Below are positions 45,046 through 53,852 of a stretch of DNA of 64,000 nucleotides, piece by piece. Both the position numbers and the translations under genes were made by a program. Origin of the DNA: Candidatus Poribacteria bacterium (GTDB lineage Bacteria; Poribacteria; WGA-4E; PCPOR2b); NCBI GenBank assembly GCA_965218095.1, contig OZ244587.1, positions 3,168,001-3,232,000 on the forward strand. Direction: 5' to 3'. Position 1 is the first letter of the stretch. Each line of letters opens with the position of its first letter. The notes beneath the pieces are model-generated. The model was given only the letters and a program-made list of their open reading frames with translations. It made no database searches and was not told the DNA's origin.

Positions 45046-45153
45046 GGTGTTACCTCCGTATGCGTGATGTGTGAATCAACTTCTGAACGAATGAACTCTT
45101 GAGCCCTTTCCTTTACTCACTTCCGTTCTTCCATTGCTTTGTCCCTGTCTCAT

Positions 45154-45882
45154 TTAGTGTGTCAGTGCATAAACGGCGACGTTGACCGCCATCTTCGCGG
45201 CAAGCTCACGCACCTGGGGAGTATCTTTGGGATGGACCTTCGGATCTTCCAAGCCATCCCCGATGTCTGAACTGTAAACGTAGTAGACAACCAGCCGCCC
45301 ATCGTGAAACAGCCCGAAACCTTGAGCGGGCTCTCCTTCGTGTTCATGGATTTTCGGGAGTCCATTGGGAAAATCATAAAAACAGTGATAGATCAGGTGA
45401 GAATTCGGTATCGGCTGAAGTTCCTGATTGGGGAACGCGCGGCGCATTTCACGACGAAAACTTTTGTCTAAGCCGTAGTCGTCATTCACGAAAAGGAAGC
45501 CACCGTGCGTCAGGTAGAAGCGTAATGCCTCAACCTCGACCTCCGTGAGGCGGATATTGCCGTGACCAACGATATAGAGCATCGGGTATTGGTACAGGTT
45601 GCGATCGGTCAGCTTCACGATCACGCGATCATCCGCTGTCTCAATGTCTGTTCGTGTGCGAAGTAGCTTTAGCCAATTTGAAATGGTGGTCTGATCGCCG
45701 TACCAATCGCCGCCGCCGCCATATTGAATCTGCGCGATGACGAATTTTTCGCCAGCGCTTTGGGCTGAACCGATCAGAAGGATTCCGCCCAACACGGCGT
45801 AAAACGTAAAACGTAAAACGTAATGCGTAATGCGTGATGCGTAATTTATTTGATTTCGAGCTGTTTCTTGATTTTCTTCCAT
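45154..45882 (-). CDS. DUF4159 protein
   Basis: YGGGGDWY, GGFLFVNDDYG, GLPKIHEH, DIGDG, NVAVYALTH. Confidence 0.9.
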   Translation of the reverse strand: MEENQETARNQINYASRITHYVLRFTFYAVLGGILLIGSAQSAGEKFVIAQIQYGGGGDWYGDQTTISNWLKLLRTRTDIETADDRVIVKLTDRNLYQYPMLYIVGHGNIRLTEVEVEALRFYLTHGGFLFVNDDYGLDKSFRREMRRAFPNQELQPIPNSHLIYHCFYDFPNGLPKIHEHEGEPAQGFGLFHDGRLVVYYVYSSDIGDGLEDPKVHPKDTPQVRELAAKMAVNVAVYALTH

Positions 45883-46013
45883 GGTATCCCTTTTCCAGCT
45901 TTCAGGTCTTCCTGTGCTTTTGTCATTTCCATAATGAACTTATGATCTGTCACCATCAGCCAATCCTCCAGCGGTTCAATGGTTACCTCCTATAGCTGTT
46001 TTATCTTTACCAT
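45846..46013 (-). pseudogene. Antitoxin-like small ORF with TAG at codon 8, overlapping the DUF4159 start
   Basis: MVKIKQL*EVTIEPLEDWLMVTDHKFIMEMTKAQEDLKAGKGIPWKKIKKQLEIK. Confidence 0.55.
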
Positions 46014-46042
46014 GTCTCCACTATTCACGTTCGTTTTATCGT

Positions 46043-48337
46043 CTACACCAACCCCCTCCGCTTGCGCAAAAACCATTCCATTCCCAGAAATCCAACCGCA
46101 AGGATCAGGACAATCGGCGTATCCCATAAATTGCGCTCCTGAACAGCAAAGACCCGCTCTCGAACTTCTTTGATCTTTTCAGGTAAGGATGCGGCTTCGG
46201 CAATCGGGGTATAGAGTCCGCCGGTGTCGGCTGCAAGCTGCTTGAGCAAATCTTCGTTGAGTTGTGGATTCTCAAACTCTGCCAGTGGAGACTCGACAAA
46301 GATTTCCGTTGAATCCTCGCCGAGCGAAGATAAGCGATTGGCGCCCGAAGTACGGATTCGGTAAGCCCCCTTCTGGTTTGCACGGAATTGTGCAGTATAG
46401 GCGCCTGCGACCTGAGAGTTTGTTTCTGTACGGACTTGAAAGCGTTTCCCATCCGGCGGCGTAACTTCGATTTTGAGGTCTGCATCGTCCATCGGATGAT
46501 AACTCTCATTGTAAGCGTACGCTGTGATCTGGACTTCCTCACTGACCGAATAGGTTGTCAGATCTGTTGTGAGATTGATCTGTTTGGCGTCAGCCCGTGT
46601 CGCCATCCAGCGAACCGTCTGCCCCCAAAAGCGAGGGTAAGTATCGTCCTCATCTTTGAAATTCCAAACGCCAAACCCCCAATTCCATAGGCCTTCGGCG
46701 GAAATCAGGAGGCTTTTTCCCAATCCAAATCTCTGAAAAATGATGATCGGCATAGCGGTCTCACTTCTGTTCGGCCGATACACCGCAAGCGTTGTCGCCC
46801 CACCCCTGAGCCGGAACCCACCCAACCAGCGTGTCAGCGGCGGTAAATCACGCCAAATGGATTCAACTTTTGCCTGTGTATCTCCCAAACGGGTAATTGG
46901 GTGATACATGCCCTGTCGAGTCAATTCGGGACTAAAATCCTCATCTCGAACAAAGCAGCCATTGGTCGGGATGACAATCGGCAGGAGAGCTGCAAGGGCG
47001 GTCTTTTTGAAGCCTCTACGACCGAGCGAGTTTCGTCCGCCCAGGAATATCACAGATTTCCCTCGTTTTTCGACGAAATCGACGATGGCTGTGTGTTGCT
47101 CAGGGGTCAAAATGCCCAAGAGGAGATCACCAATGATGAGCACATCGTAAAACAGCAAATCATCAAGCGTCTCTGGAAAGTGTGGTATGTGATTCAGACC
47201 GCTTGTCTGTGGATAATATCCATCTGAACGTACCAACAGTGTGGCACGAAGTTGATTCGCGGAGTGGCTCGACAGGATAGCGCAGGTCGGATCAATATTT
47301 GGATCACGTTCGAGCGCACGTTTGAGAAAGGTGTATTCCCAACGCGGACGACCATCAATGTAAAACACACGCAACTTCGTCTTGACCACTTTCACGGGAA
47401 ATGCTTTTTCGTTGTTTTCGGGAGTAAGTTCGTCTTGCAGAACGGGAAGGGAAATGATGTATTGAAAGATGCCTTCCTCCTGCGGATTCAGGATGAACTC
47501 AATCACTTGAGCCGGCTCATCCGTCAGCGCGATTGGCGCTGTGTCAACAACCCGACCGTTCTTCATAAGTGAAATGCGAATTTTACTGCCTGCGTAGCCC
47601 GTGTGGTGTACGGTGACGCGGATCGGCACATCGTGCTCCATATAGACGACGGGACTTACCTCGATTTTTGAGATTTTGAGATCCTTTGGCGGGTGAGGGC
47701 TGCCGATGCCCACCGCGTAAATAGGGATTTGCATCTTGGCAACTTCAACCGCAGGCGTTGAAGCATTGTGCGCCCCATCAGTGAGAAGCACCACTCCAGC
47801 CAGTGGTTGCCCTCGCCACTCTTTGGAGGCATCGCGGATCGAGACGGCGATGTCCGTTAATCCACCTGAAGCCTCAAGGGTGCCAATTGTCTTGGAAATT
47901 TGATGGGCTTGCGCGTCAAACCGATAAAGATGAATGTCAAACCGGTTGGCGAGTGCTGCCAGAAAACGGCTTGTTGCGCCGGGTTGATTAGGCGAATCCG
48001 TGTCGAAACCATCGAATAAAAAGTGATTCACGAGGCTTAAACGCGCTGTTTGCTGATCCGCCAATTCCACATCCTCAAGCTGCATGCTTTGGGAGGTATC
48101 AGCAAGAATCAGCAGATTTGTTGGCGGGGTAATATCTTTTCGTTCAACCAGCACGGGTTCAAGCAGACAGAACAGCAACACCGACGCGGCTAAAATCCGC
48201 AGACTGATAAGGAGGGCTCTGAGCCTTTGACTCAGTGGGCGGTTCAAACGAAAGTAAGCATACGTCGTAACACTAGCCATGATCGCGAGTCCGAGCGCAA
48301 CCGCCCACCATGGCCAAAGATAAGTGAATCGCATCAA
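46043..48337 (-). CDS. vWA plus glutamine-amidotransferase-like membrane protein
   Basis: DTSQSM, VLLTDG, PRWEYTFL, RFWGQ, EWFLRKRRGL. Confidence 0.88.
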   Translation of the reverse strand: MMRFTYLWPWWAVALGLAIMASVTTYAYFRLNRPLSQRLRALLISLRILAASVLLFCLLEPVLVERKDITPPTNLLILADTSQSMQLEDVELADQQTARLSLVNHFLFDGFDTDSPNQPGATSRFLAALANRFDIHLYRFDAQAHQISKTIGTLEASGGLTDIAVSIRDASKEWRGQPLAGVVLLTDGAHNASTPAVEVAKMQIPIYAVGIGSPHPPKDLKISKIEVSPVVYMEHDVPIRVTVHHTGYAGSKIRISLMKNGRVVDTAPIALTDEPAQVIEFILNPQEEGIFQYIISLPVLQDELTPENNEKAFPVKVVKTKLRVFYIDGRPRWEYTFLKRALERDPNIDPTCAILSSHSANQLRATLLVRSDGYYPQTSGLNHIPHFPETLDDLLFYDVLIIGDLLLGILTPEQHTAIVDFVEKRGKSVIFLGGRNSLGRRGFKKTALAALLPIVIPTNGCFVRDEDFSPELTRQGMYHPITRLGDTQAKVESIWRDLPPLTRWLGGFRLRGGATTLAVYRPNRSETAMPIIIFQRFGLGKSLLISAEGLWNWGFGVWNFKDEDDTYPRFWGQTVRWMATRADAKQINLTTDLTTYSVSEEVQITAYAYNESYHPMDDADLKIEVTPPDGKRFQVRTETNSQVAGAYTAQFRANQKGAYRIRTSGANRLSSLGEDSTEIFVESPLAEFENPQLNEDLLKQLAADTGGLYTPIAEAASLPEKIKEVRERVFAVQERNLWDTPIVLILAVGFLGMEWFLRKRRGLV

Positions 48338-48465
48338 ATTCCCTTCTTCGCTGTAAATATTGGTGAATTATACCTTACCGCCTGAAAACCCGTCAACTGA
48401 AATCCCTGAACCGATTAAACGACGCTTCCGCTTGCAAAAAAATCAAGCCTTTTATAAATTTGGGG

Positions 48466-48494
48466 TTGACAAGGGCAAGTATCTTCTGTAGAAT
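48466..48494 (+). promoter_or_regulatory. sigma70-type promoter
   Basis: TTGACA-17-TAGAAT. Confidence 0.55.
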
Positions 48495-48744
48495 TAGCGT
48501 TGCGCTATACTTTACTTTACCGAATCAATCAATACGAATGAGGGAAAGAGATGTCCCAGGAAAACCATGCCGAGATAGAACAAAGCCCACAAGAAAACAC
48601 ATCCGATACCGACAACACCGTGAGTGCTTCGATTTCTGCGGAAAGTGGAATTATTACGCGCTTATAAGGTTTAGGCTTGCAAGTTTTGTGTAAATTTGAT
48701 ACAATATAGGCATCAAACCCTTATGAATAAAGGAGTTGAGATGA

Positions 48745-49626
48745 ATGAACTTGTTTGATGCTGTAGAACGATTTTCTGACCAAGAGAGTTGTATTAAACA
48801 CTTAGAAACTATCCGCTGGGGTGGCAAACCTGAGTGTCCATATTGCGAAAGTAAAAAGGTTGCACCGAAGAATGAAGCTAGCATAATTGGTCGTTGGAAT
48901 TGCCATACTTGTAAGTCAAGTTTCAATGTGTTACAGGGAACGATATTTCAAGGAACACAGATTCCACTTCAGAAGTGGTTTATGGCTATCCTGTTAATGA
49001 ACGATGCGAAGAAAAGCCTATCAAGTTGTCAAATGGCTCGTCATTTGGACTTAACGCAACCCTCAGCTTGGTTCATGATGAAACGAATCAGGTCTGAGAT
49101 GGGTAGAAAGGGCAAGGTTTTACTGAGAGGAATTATTGAATGCGATGAAACCTACGTGGGCGGTAAGCCCCGACGACGAAAAGACAAGGACGGGAACTTG
49201 CCTCCACCGAGCAAGCGAGGTAGAGGCACGAAGAAAACGCCCGTTATCGGTGCTGTTGAACGGGCTGGGAATGTTGTGGCGCGTGTGGCTACGAGTTTGA
49301 GTCGTAAGGGCGTTTTGGGGTTCATCAAAGGCGTTATTGAGAAGCCGAAGGATTCAGTTCTAATGACAGATGAGTTCTCATCGTATGAGGCGGTTGATGG
49401 GCTCATGCCTCACCATGTCATCAGACACAAGAACTGGCAGTACGTGGACGGTAATACCCACACAAACACGATTGAAGGGTTCTGGTCGCTGGTGAAACGT
49501 GCGTTTCATGGTACACATCACCACTACAAGCATGTTTCGCTCTACATCGCTGAGGCGTGTTACAAGTACAACAACCGGAAGAACCGGAACATCTTCAAGA
49601 AGTTTATCAGGGAATGCTTTGTGTAG
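48745..49626 (+). CDS. IS1595-family transposase, intact
   Basis: CPYC…CHTC zinc finger, ECDETYVGGK, MTDE, HTNTIEGFWSLVKR. Confidence 0.95.
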   Translation: MNLFDAVERFSDQESCIKHLETIRWGGKPECPYCESKKVAPKNEASIIGRWNCHTCKSSFNVLQGTIFQGTQIPLQKWFMAILLMNDAKKSLSSCQMARHLDLTQPSAWFMMKRIRSEMGRKGKVLLRGIIECDETYVGGKPRRRKDKDGNLPPPSKRGRGTKKTPVIGAVERAGNVVARVATSLSRKGVLGFIKGVIEKPKDSVLMTDEFSSYEAVDGLMPHHVIRHKNWQYVDGNTHTNTIEGFWSLVKRAFHGTHHHYKHVSLYIAEACYKYNNRKNRNIFKKFIRECFV

Positions 49627-49664
49627 GGTGGGAAAACCTCTGGAGACTCCATAGAAGGATTAGA

Positions 49665-49859
49665 TTACACTATTTCCAACCTTTTGAAAATGGTTGTAAT
49701 TAGTGTGTAGTCATTTTTAAGTAACTGAATTGCAACTCTTAAATCTTCTACGGTTGCAGTAGAGGTAAATAACCTCTCTTCAATTCGGTGGGTTTTATCA
49801 GCATGTTTTTGTAGATGTTCTTTAACACGTTGAATATCCACCTTCCTTTGTGATGACAT
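49665..49859 (-). CDS. Small helical hypothetical protein (passenger)
   Basis: 64 aa; RBS AAAGGAGG. Confidence 0.65.
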   Translation of the reverse strand: MSSQRKVDIQRVKEHLQKHADKTHRIEERLFTSTATVEDLRVAIQLLKNDYTLITTIFKRLEIV

Positions 49860-49990
49860 AACATCTGCCTCCTTTCTGAGTCATATTTTCAGAGGTTTTC
49901 CCATAAGGGAGTGTCCGGTGGGAGCCGGACACTCTAGCAACAAAATATCAGGGAGTGCTTTGTGTAGCACCCCCTGATATTGCCTAAGAG

Positions 49991-50101
49991 TTATTGCTTA
50001 GGCGTAGCCGTATAAGGACTGCTATACGGCGTTTGATTACCCTTACGTTTAGCGATTTTGAGTACGATAAACGTAAAGGTTTTGCGTATTTTTATAAACA
50101 C
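49991..50101 (-). CDS. Putative 36-aa basic peptide (passenger)
   Basis: RBS AAAGGAGG then GTG; MFIKIRKTFTFIVLKIAKRKGNQTPYSSPYTATPKQ. Confidence 0.4.
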   Translation of the reverse strand: MFIKIRKTFTFIVLKIAKRKGNQTPYSSPYTATPKQ

Positions 50102-50228
50102 GATAATCCCTCCTTTCATTGGAATAAGTCGTGATGCAGAGGGTGTTATCAGCAGTTGTCCGTATATGTGGACTTACAAGCGTGCCGTCTTTACGCCTGT
50201 AAGACTTGATGTATTTGATGCGTGGCAT
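50049..50228 (-). CDS. Putative 59-aa basic protein (passenger)
   Basis: RBS AAAGGAG then ATG; MPRIKYIKSYRRKDGTLVSPHIRTTADN…. Confidence 0.55.
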   Translation of the reverse strand: MPRIKYIKSYRRKDGTLVSPHIRTTADNTLCITTYSNERRDYRVYKNTQNLYVYRTQNR

Positions 50229-50293
50229 GGGGGGTCTCCTTTGCCATGTTGTGGCGGTGGGGGTGCTATAACACCCCCTCGCCTGTTTTATGT

Positions 50294-50734
50294 CTATCTC
50301 ATGTGCAATCTTCTAGCAACATTTCGGAGGGTTGTTTCGGTTTGCCCAAATCGTTCCTCCATTTGGGCATAACGCCCCTCTATACTATCTATTGACTTGA
50401 TGACTGCTACATGAGTTGCAAGGGTAGTTGTCATGTACCTGTCCATTCTCGTTACTGACTGTTGAAAAGAATCAAGTTTCTTGTCAATATCTTCAACAGG
50501 TACGGTTTTCTTCGCAGTTGCATCTCTAGTTTTCAGATTCTCTGCGATGTTGGTAAGCTCTACCCTTCTTAAATTGACGACTTCTTCTTTCAGTTGTTTT
50601 GCTTCATCTCTGAAGTCTATGAAGGACTTTCTGATACTATACAAATCGTCACTACTGGGAATGTGTTTCCAAATGAACTTTCCAGCAGCAATGATAATGA
50701 GTATATCCGCTACTACACTAAGAAAATCACTCAT
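50294..50734 (-). CDS. N-terminal TM plus coiled-coil hypothetical protein (passenger)
   Basis: 146 aa; hydrophobic first 22 residues; RBS AAAGGA. Confidence 0.7.
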   Translation of the reverse strand: MSDFLSVVADILIIIAAGKFIWKHIPSSDDLYSIRKSFIDFRDEAKQLKEEVVNLRRVELTNIAENLKTRDATAKKTVPVEDIDKKLDSFQQSVTRMDRYMTTTLATHVAVIKSIDSIEGRYAQMEERFGQTETTLRNVARRLHMR

Positions 50735-50862
50735 TGGGGTGTCCTTTACTTTGGCGAGGAAAGGTAAAACAAGCCAACGATTTAATAAACTTCAGAATCA
50801 CAGGCTTGTAACACCCCAATAATATCACATATTCAAAGAATCTGCAAGCCAATTATTTATAA

Positions 50863-51168
50863 ATGCGAAATATTATTAGCAACCAACAGATCCAGTCCAT
50901 TGAGATTTCCGATAAGTTCACAAGACAAAAAACGTCGGATGGTTGGTATATTACCTTCCAGCGTCCAGGTAAAGTCACCATTAATCTCACAACAAGTATG
51001 CGGAAAATAGAGGTGCTTCTTATCGAAGAAGACATCATCGAAAACGACGGCACGGATCTAATTATCCTGCGGAAGCACGCTCCTGATGCATATAAATCAA
51101 AAAGATCCGGAGCGCCCCTGGCTCGAAGTCGCGAAGAGCTGTTACAAGGGGGAACGACCGCAGTATAG
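50863..51168 (+). CDS. Hypothetical protein
   Basis: 101-aa ORF with no recognised motif. Confidence 0.45.
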   Translation: MRNIISNQQIQSIEISDKFTRQKTSDGWYITFQRPGKVTINLTTSMRKIEVLLIEEDIIENDGTDLIILRKHAPDAYKSKRSGAPLARSREELLQGGTTAV

Positions 51169-51300
51169 CAGTTAAACGGGGGACTTTCATGAAGCTGACT
51201 CGAACCATCAGGACTCAGATCAGCGAAGGGGGTGGGGTCAATTCAATCGGCGCCTATATTAGATAGAATTTACACGATAACCTTCAGCTTGAGAGGGGAA

Positions 51301-51765
51301 ATGATACCGGCGGAGATTGTCCTGAGTTCTGACACTCATCAAAAGATTGTGGAGGAATCGAAGGCTCAACAGGAAATCGGAACGGGAAAAGATCCGGTGT
51401 CGGTGCTTAAAGGTTACCTCTCAATTCCGATTACGATCCGAGAAGCGGATACAGACATTATCGTTGTAAAGGGACTTTATCCAAATCGTTGCCCCGTTTG
51501 TGGGCGTCACATTCCGTTCCTGCGGGAGATGATCGAGCGTATTGAATCCCACTCTATAAAACGCATCCGCTGTCCGCTAGGGCATCGGTATGAGGGGGAG
51601 ATCAAAATTTACCACTTGAACATCTTTCAGGAAGAACAATCGGAAACCGGGGCTGCTCAGATATGCCCACAGTGCGGGAGTGAAAACGTTCAGAATCTTA
51701 GCCAAACAGATGTCTTCTGTCTCGATTGCGAATGGGATAACCTGAAGCACATTTATGATCATTAG
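51301..51765 (+). CDS. Hypothetical zinc-ribbon protein
   Basis: CPVC, CPLGH, CPQC…CLDC; purine-rich RBS before ATG 51301. Confidence 0.6.
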   Translation: MIPAEIVLSSDTHQKIVEESKAQQEIGTGKDPVSVLKGYLSIPITIREADTDIIVVKGLYPNRCPVCGRHIPFLREMIERIESHSIKRIRCPLGHRYEGEIKIYHLNIFQEEQSETGAAQICPQCGSENVQNLSQTDVFCLDCEWDNLKHIYDH

Positions 51766-51971
51766 ATGTGGGGTGGTTCATTTTACTATGTTATCACAAA
51801 ATAGATAGGAAACCTGCACAGCACCTCAAAAGCCCCATGTAAAACGTGAAACGTAAAACGTAAAAATTTTACGCATTACGTTTTACGCAGTACGCGCCAT
51901 GGATGTTGGGGGCGAATACCTTCTCAACAATTTAGTGATAGTACACCATTCTTTTTTCGTTTGCCTCAAAT

Positions 51972-52010
51972 AAAAAAGCCATGCTGGTACATATCAACAG
52001 CATGGCTTTT
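51972..52010 (-). terminator. groEL intrinsic terminator
   Basis: AAAAGCCATGCTG…CAGCATGGCTTTT hairpin with T tracts. Confidence 0.8.
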
Positions 52011-52048
52011 CCGTATTGTGCGGAAGTGTCGTCATATCCACAAGCGTA

Positions 52049-53680
52049 TCAGTGATGATGATGCCCGTGATGGTGGCCACCATCGTCCTTGGGCTCCTCC
52101 TCTACCTCGCTAACTAATGTTTCAGTCATTAACAACAATCCTGCTACGCTTGCACCGTTTTGAATCGCAGATCTGACAACCTTCGTCGGATCAACGATGC
52201 CCGCCTGAAGTAAATCTTCGTATTCACCCGTTGCTGCATTTAAGCCGTAGCCGCCCTCGCCATCTTTGACTCTGGCAGCAACGACGGATCCTTCCAAGCC
52301 CGCGTTTTCAGAAATCACCCGGGTTGGATATTCCAGGATCTTCCGGATAATATTCACACCCGTCTCTTGATCGCCTTCGAGATGGACATCCGCGAGCGCA
52401 GCGCCTGCTCTTAGCAGTGCAATGCCCCCACCGGGAACAACTCCTTCTTCGACAGCTGCGCGGGTTGCGGATAGGGCGTCATCAAACCGCGCCTTCTTCT
52501 CTTTCATTTCAGTTTCTGTTGCTGCGCCAACATTGACAACGGCAACACCACCAGCGAGTTTCGCAAGGCGTTCCTCTAACTTCTCCCGGTCGTAGTCGGA
52601 AGTCGTCTCCTCGATCTGCTGCCGAATCTGCTTAATCCGTTGCTGCACATCCTCTGTAGACCCGGTGCCGCCAATAATCGTTGTGTTATCTTTGTCAACA
52701 ACGACACGCCTAGCGCTTCCCAGCATGCCAACTACAACATTTTCCAACCGAATGCCGACGTCCTCTGAAATCACCTGTCCGCTAGTGAGAACACCAATAT
52801 CCCCAAGCATCTCCTTGCGGCGATCGCCGAAACCGGGGGCTTTCACGCCAACGGCCCTGAGACCGCCACGGAGTTTATTCACAACCAACACCGCTAAGGC
52901 TTCGCCTTCAATGTCTTCAGCAATAATAAGCAGTGGACGCCCAAGTTGAGCCACTTTTTCTAAAAGCGGCACCAGATCCCCAACCGCGCTGATTTTGTCA
53001 GTGTTAATCAGAATCAACGGATCTTCCAGTTCAACAACCATGCTCTCAAGGTCTGTCACAAAATGCGCGGAGAGATACCCTCGGTCGAACTGCATACCTT
53101 CAACAATGTCAATCTCTGTTTGGGCGCCCGTGCCATCTTCAATGGTAATTACGCCATCTTTGCCGACTTTATCCATCGCATTGGCGACTGTCTTACCGAT
53201 GTCGCTGTTATTTGCGTTATCGTTGGCTGCAATTGATGCTACCTGTGCAATTTCATCGTTTGTATTCACCGATTGACTCTGATTTTGGAGTGCATCAACC
53301 ACGATCTCAACGGCTTTGTCAATGCCGATCTTCAACTGCATCGGATCGGCGCCAGCAGCAACGTTTTTGAGCCCTTCCTGAACGATCTCTTGCGCTAATA
53401 CGGTTGCTGTGGTTGTGCCATCACCGACCGCATCATTGGTCTTGGTAGCCACCGATTGCAGCAATTGGGCGCCCATGTTTTCATAATGGTCCGGGAGTTC
53501 AATTTCTTTAGCGACCGTTACGCCGTCGCAGGTAATCACCGGCGCCCCGAAAGATTTCTGGAGCACAACATTCCTTCCGCGAGGCCCCAAAGTGACTCTC
53601 ACCGCATTCGCCAGTGTATTGGCGCCACGCTTGAGAGCATTCCTTGCCTCCACATCAAAAATCAACTGCTTTGCTGCCAT
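52049..53680 (-). CDS. groEL: Chaperonin GroEL with His-rich tail
   Basis: [32 protein letters not shown]; ends [12 protein letters not shown]. Confidence 0.98.
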   Translation of the reverse strand: MAAKQLIFDVEARNALKRGANTLANAVRVTLGPRGRNVVLQKSFGAPVITCDGVTVAKEIELPDHYENMGAQLLQSVATKTNDAVGDGTTTATVLAQEIVQEGLKNVAAGADPMQLKIGIDKAVEIVVDALQNQSQSVNTNDEIAQVASIAANDNANNSDIGKTVANAMDKVGKDGVITIEDGTGAQTEIDIVEGMQFDRGYLSAHFVTDLESMVVELEDPLILINTDKISAVGDLVPLLEKVAQLGRPLLIIAEDIEGEALAVLVVNKLRGGLRAVGVKAPGFGDRRKEMLGDIGVLTSGQVISEDVGIRLENVVVGMLGSARRVVVDKDNTTIIGGTGSTEDVQQRIKQIRQQIEETTSDYDREKLEERLAKLAGGVAVVNVGAATETEMKEKKARFDDALSATRAAVEEGVVPGGGIALLRAGAALADVHLEGDQETGVNIIRKILEYPTRVISENAGLEGSVVAARVKDGEGGYGLNAATGEYEDLLQAGIVDPTKVVRSAIQNGASVAGLLLMTETLVSEVEEEPKDDGGHHHGHHHH

Positions 53681-53814
53681 ATCCCTCCTCCTTATTTATG
53701 TGTTTTGAGTTTTCTTTCTTTCACGTCTCACGTTTATCTTCCTTGCGCTGCACACATTTCTCATCACTTTGAAAGACAGATTTATGATAGAACGATTCCA
53801 AAAATCAAGATCTG

Positions 53815-53841
53815 TTAGCACTCCCCTTCAGTGAGTGCTAA
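53815..53841. promoter_or_regulatory. CIRCE (HrcA operator)
   Basis: Perfect TTAGCACTC-N9-GAGTGCTAA. Confidence 0.97.
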
Positions 53842-53852
53842 AAACAAATGTA

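Larger units (their letters stand above)
48674..50850 (+). mobile_element. IS1595-family transporter element carrying passenger ORFs
   Basis: 28-bp imperfect TIRs GGCTTGCAAGTTTTGTGTAAATTTGATA and (rc) GGCTTGCAGATTCTTTGAATATGTGATA; AT-richer than flanks; no convincing TSD. Confidence 0.7.

Noticed and set aside
13829-45992. In-frame TAG/TGA codons as stop-codon recoding (pyrrolysine, selenocysteine, alternative code)
   Set aside because: All three stop types occur internally, the same regions have frameshifts and deletions, and TAG and TGA end many intact genes normally
49905-50082. Hairpin run as a CRISPR array
   Set aside because: No repeated sequence unit, no regular spacers and no cas genes
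48462-50817. Alternative IS1595 ends GGGGTTGACAAG / CTTGTAACACCCC
   Set aside because: Needs a gap, is shorter than the 48674/50850 pair, has no TSD, and the left part is explained by a promoter
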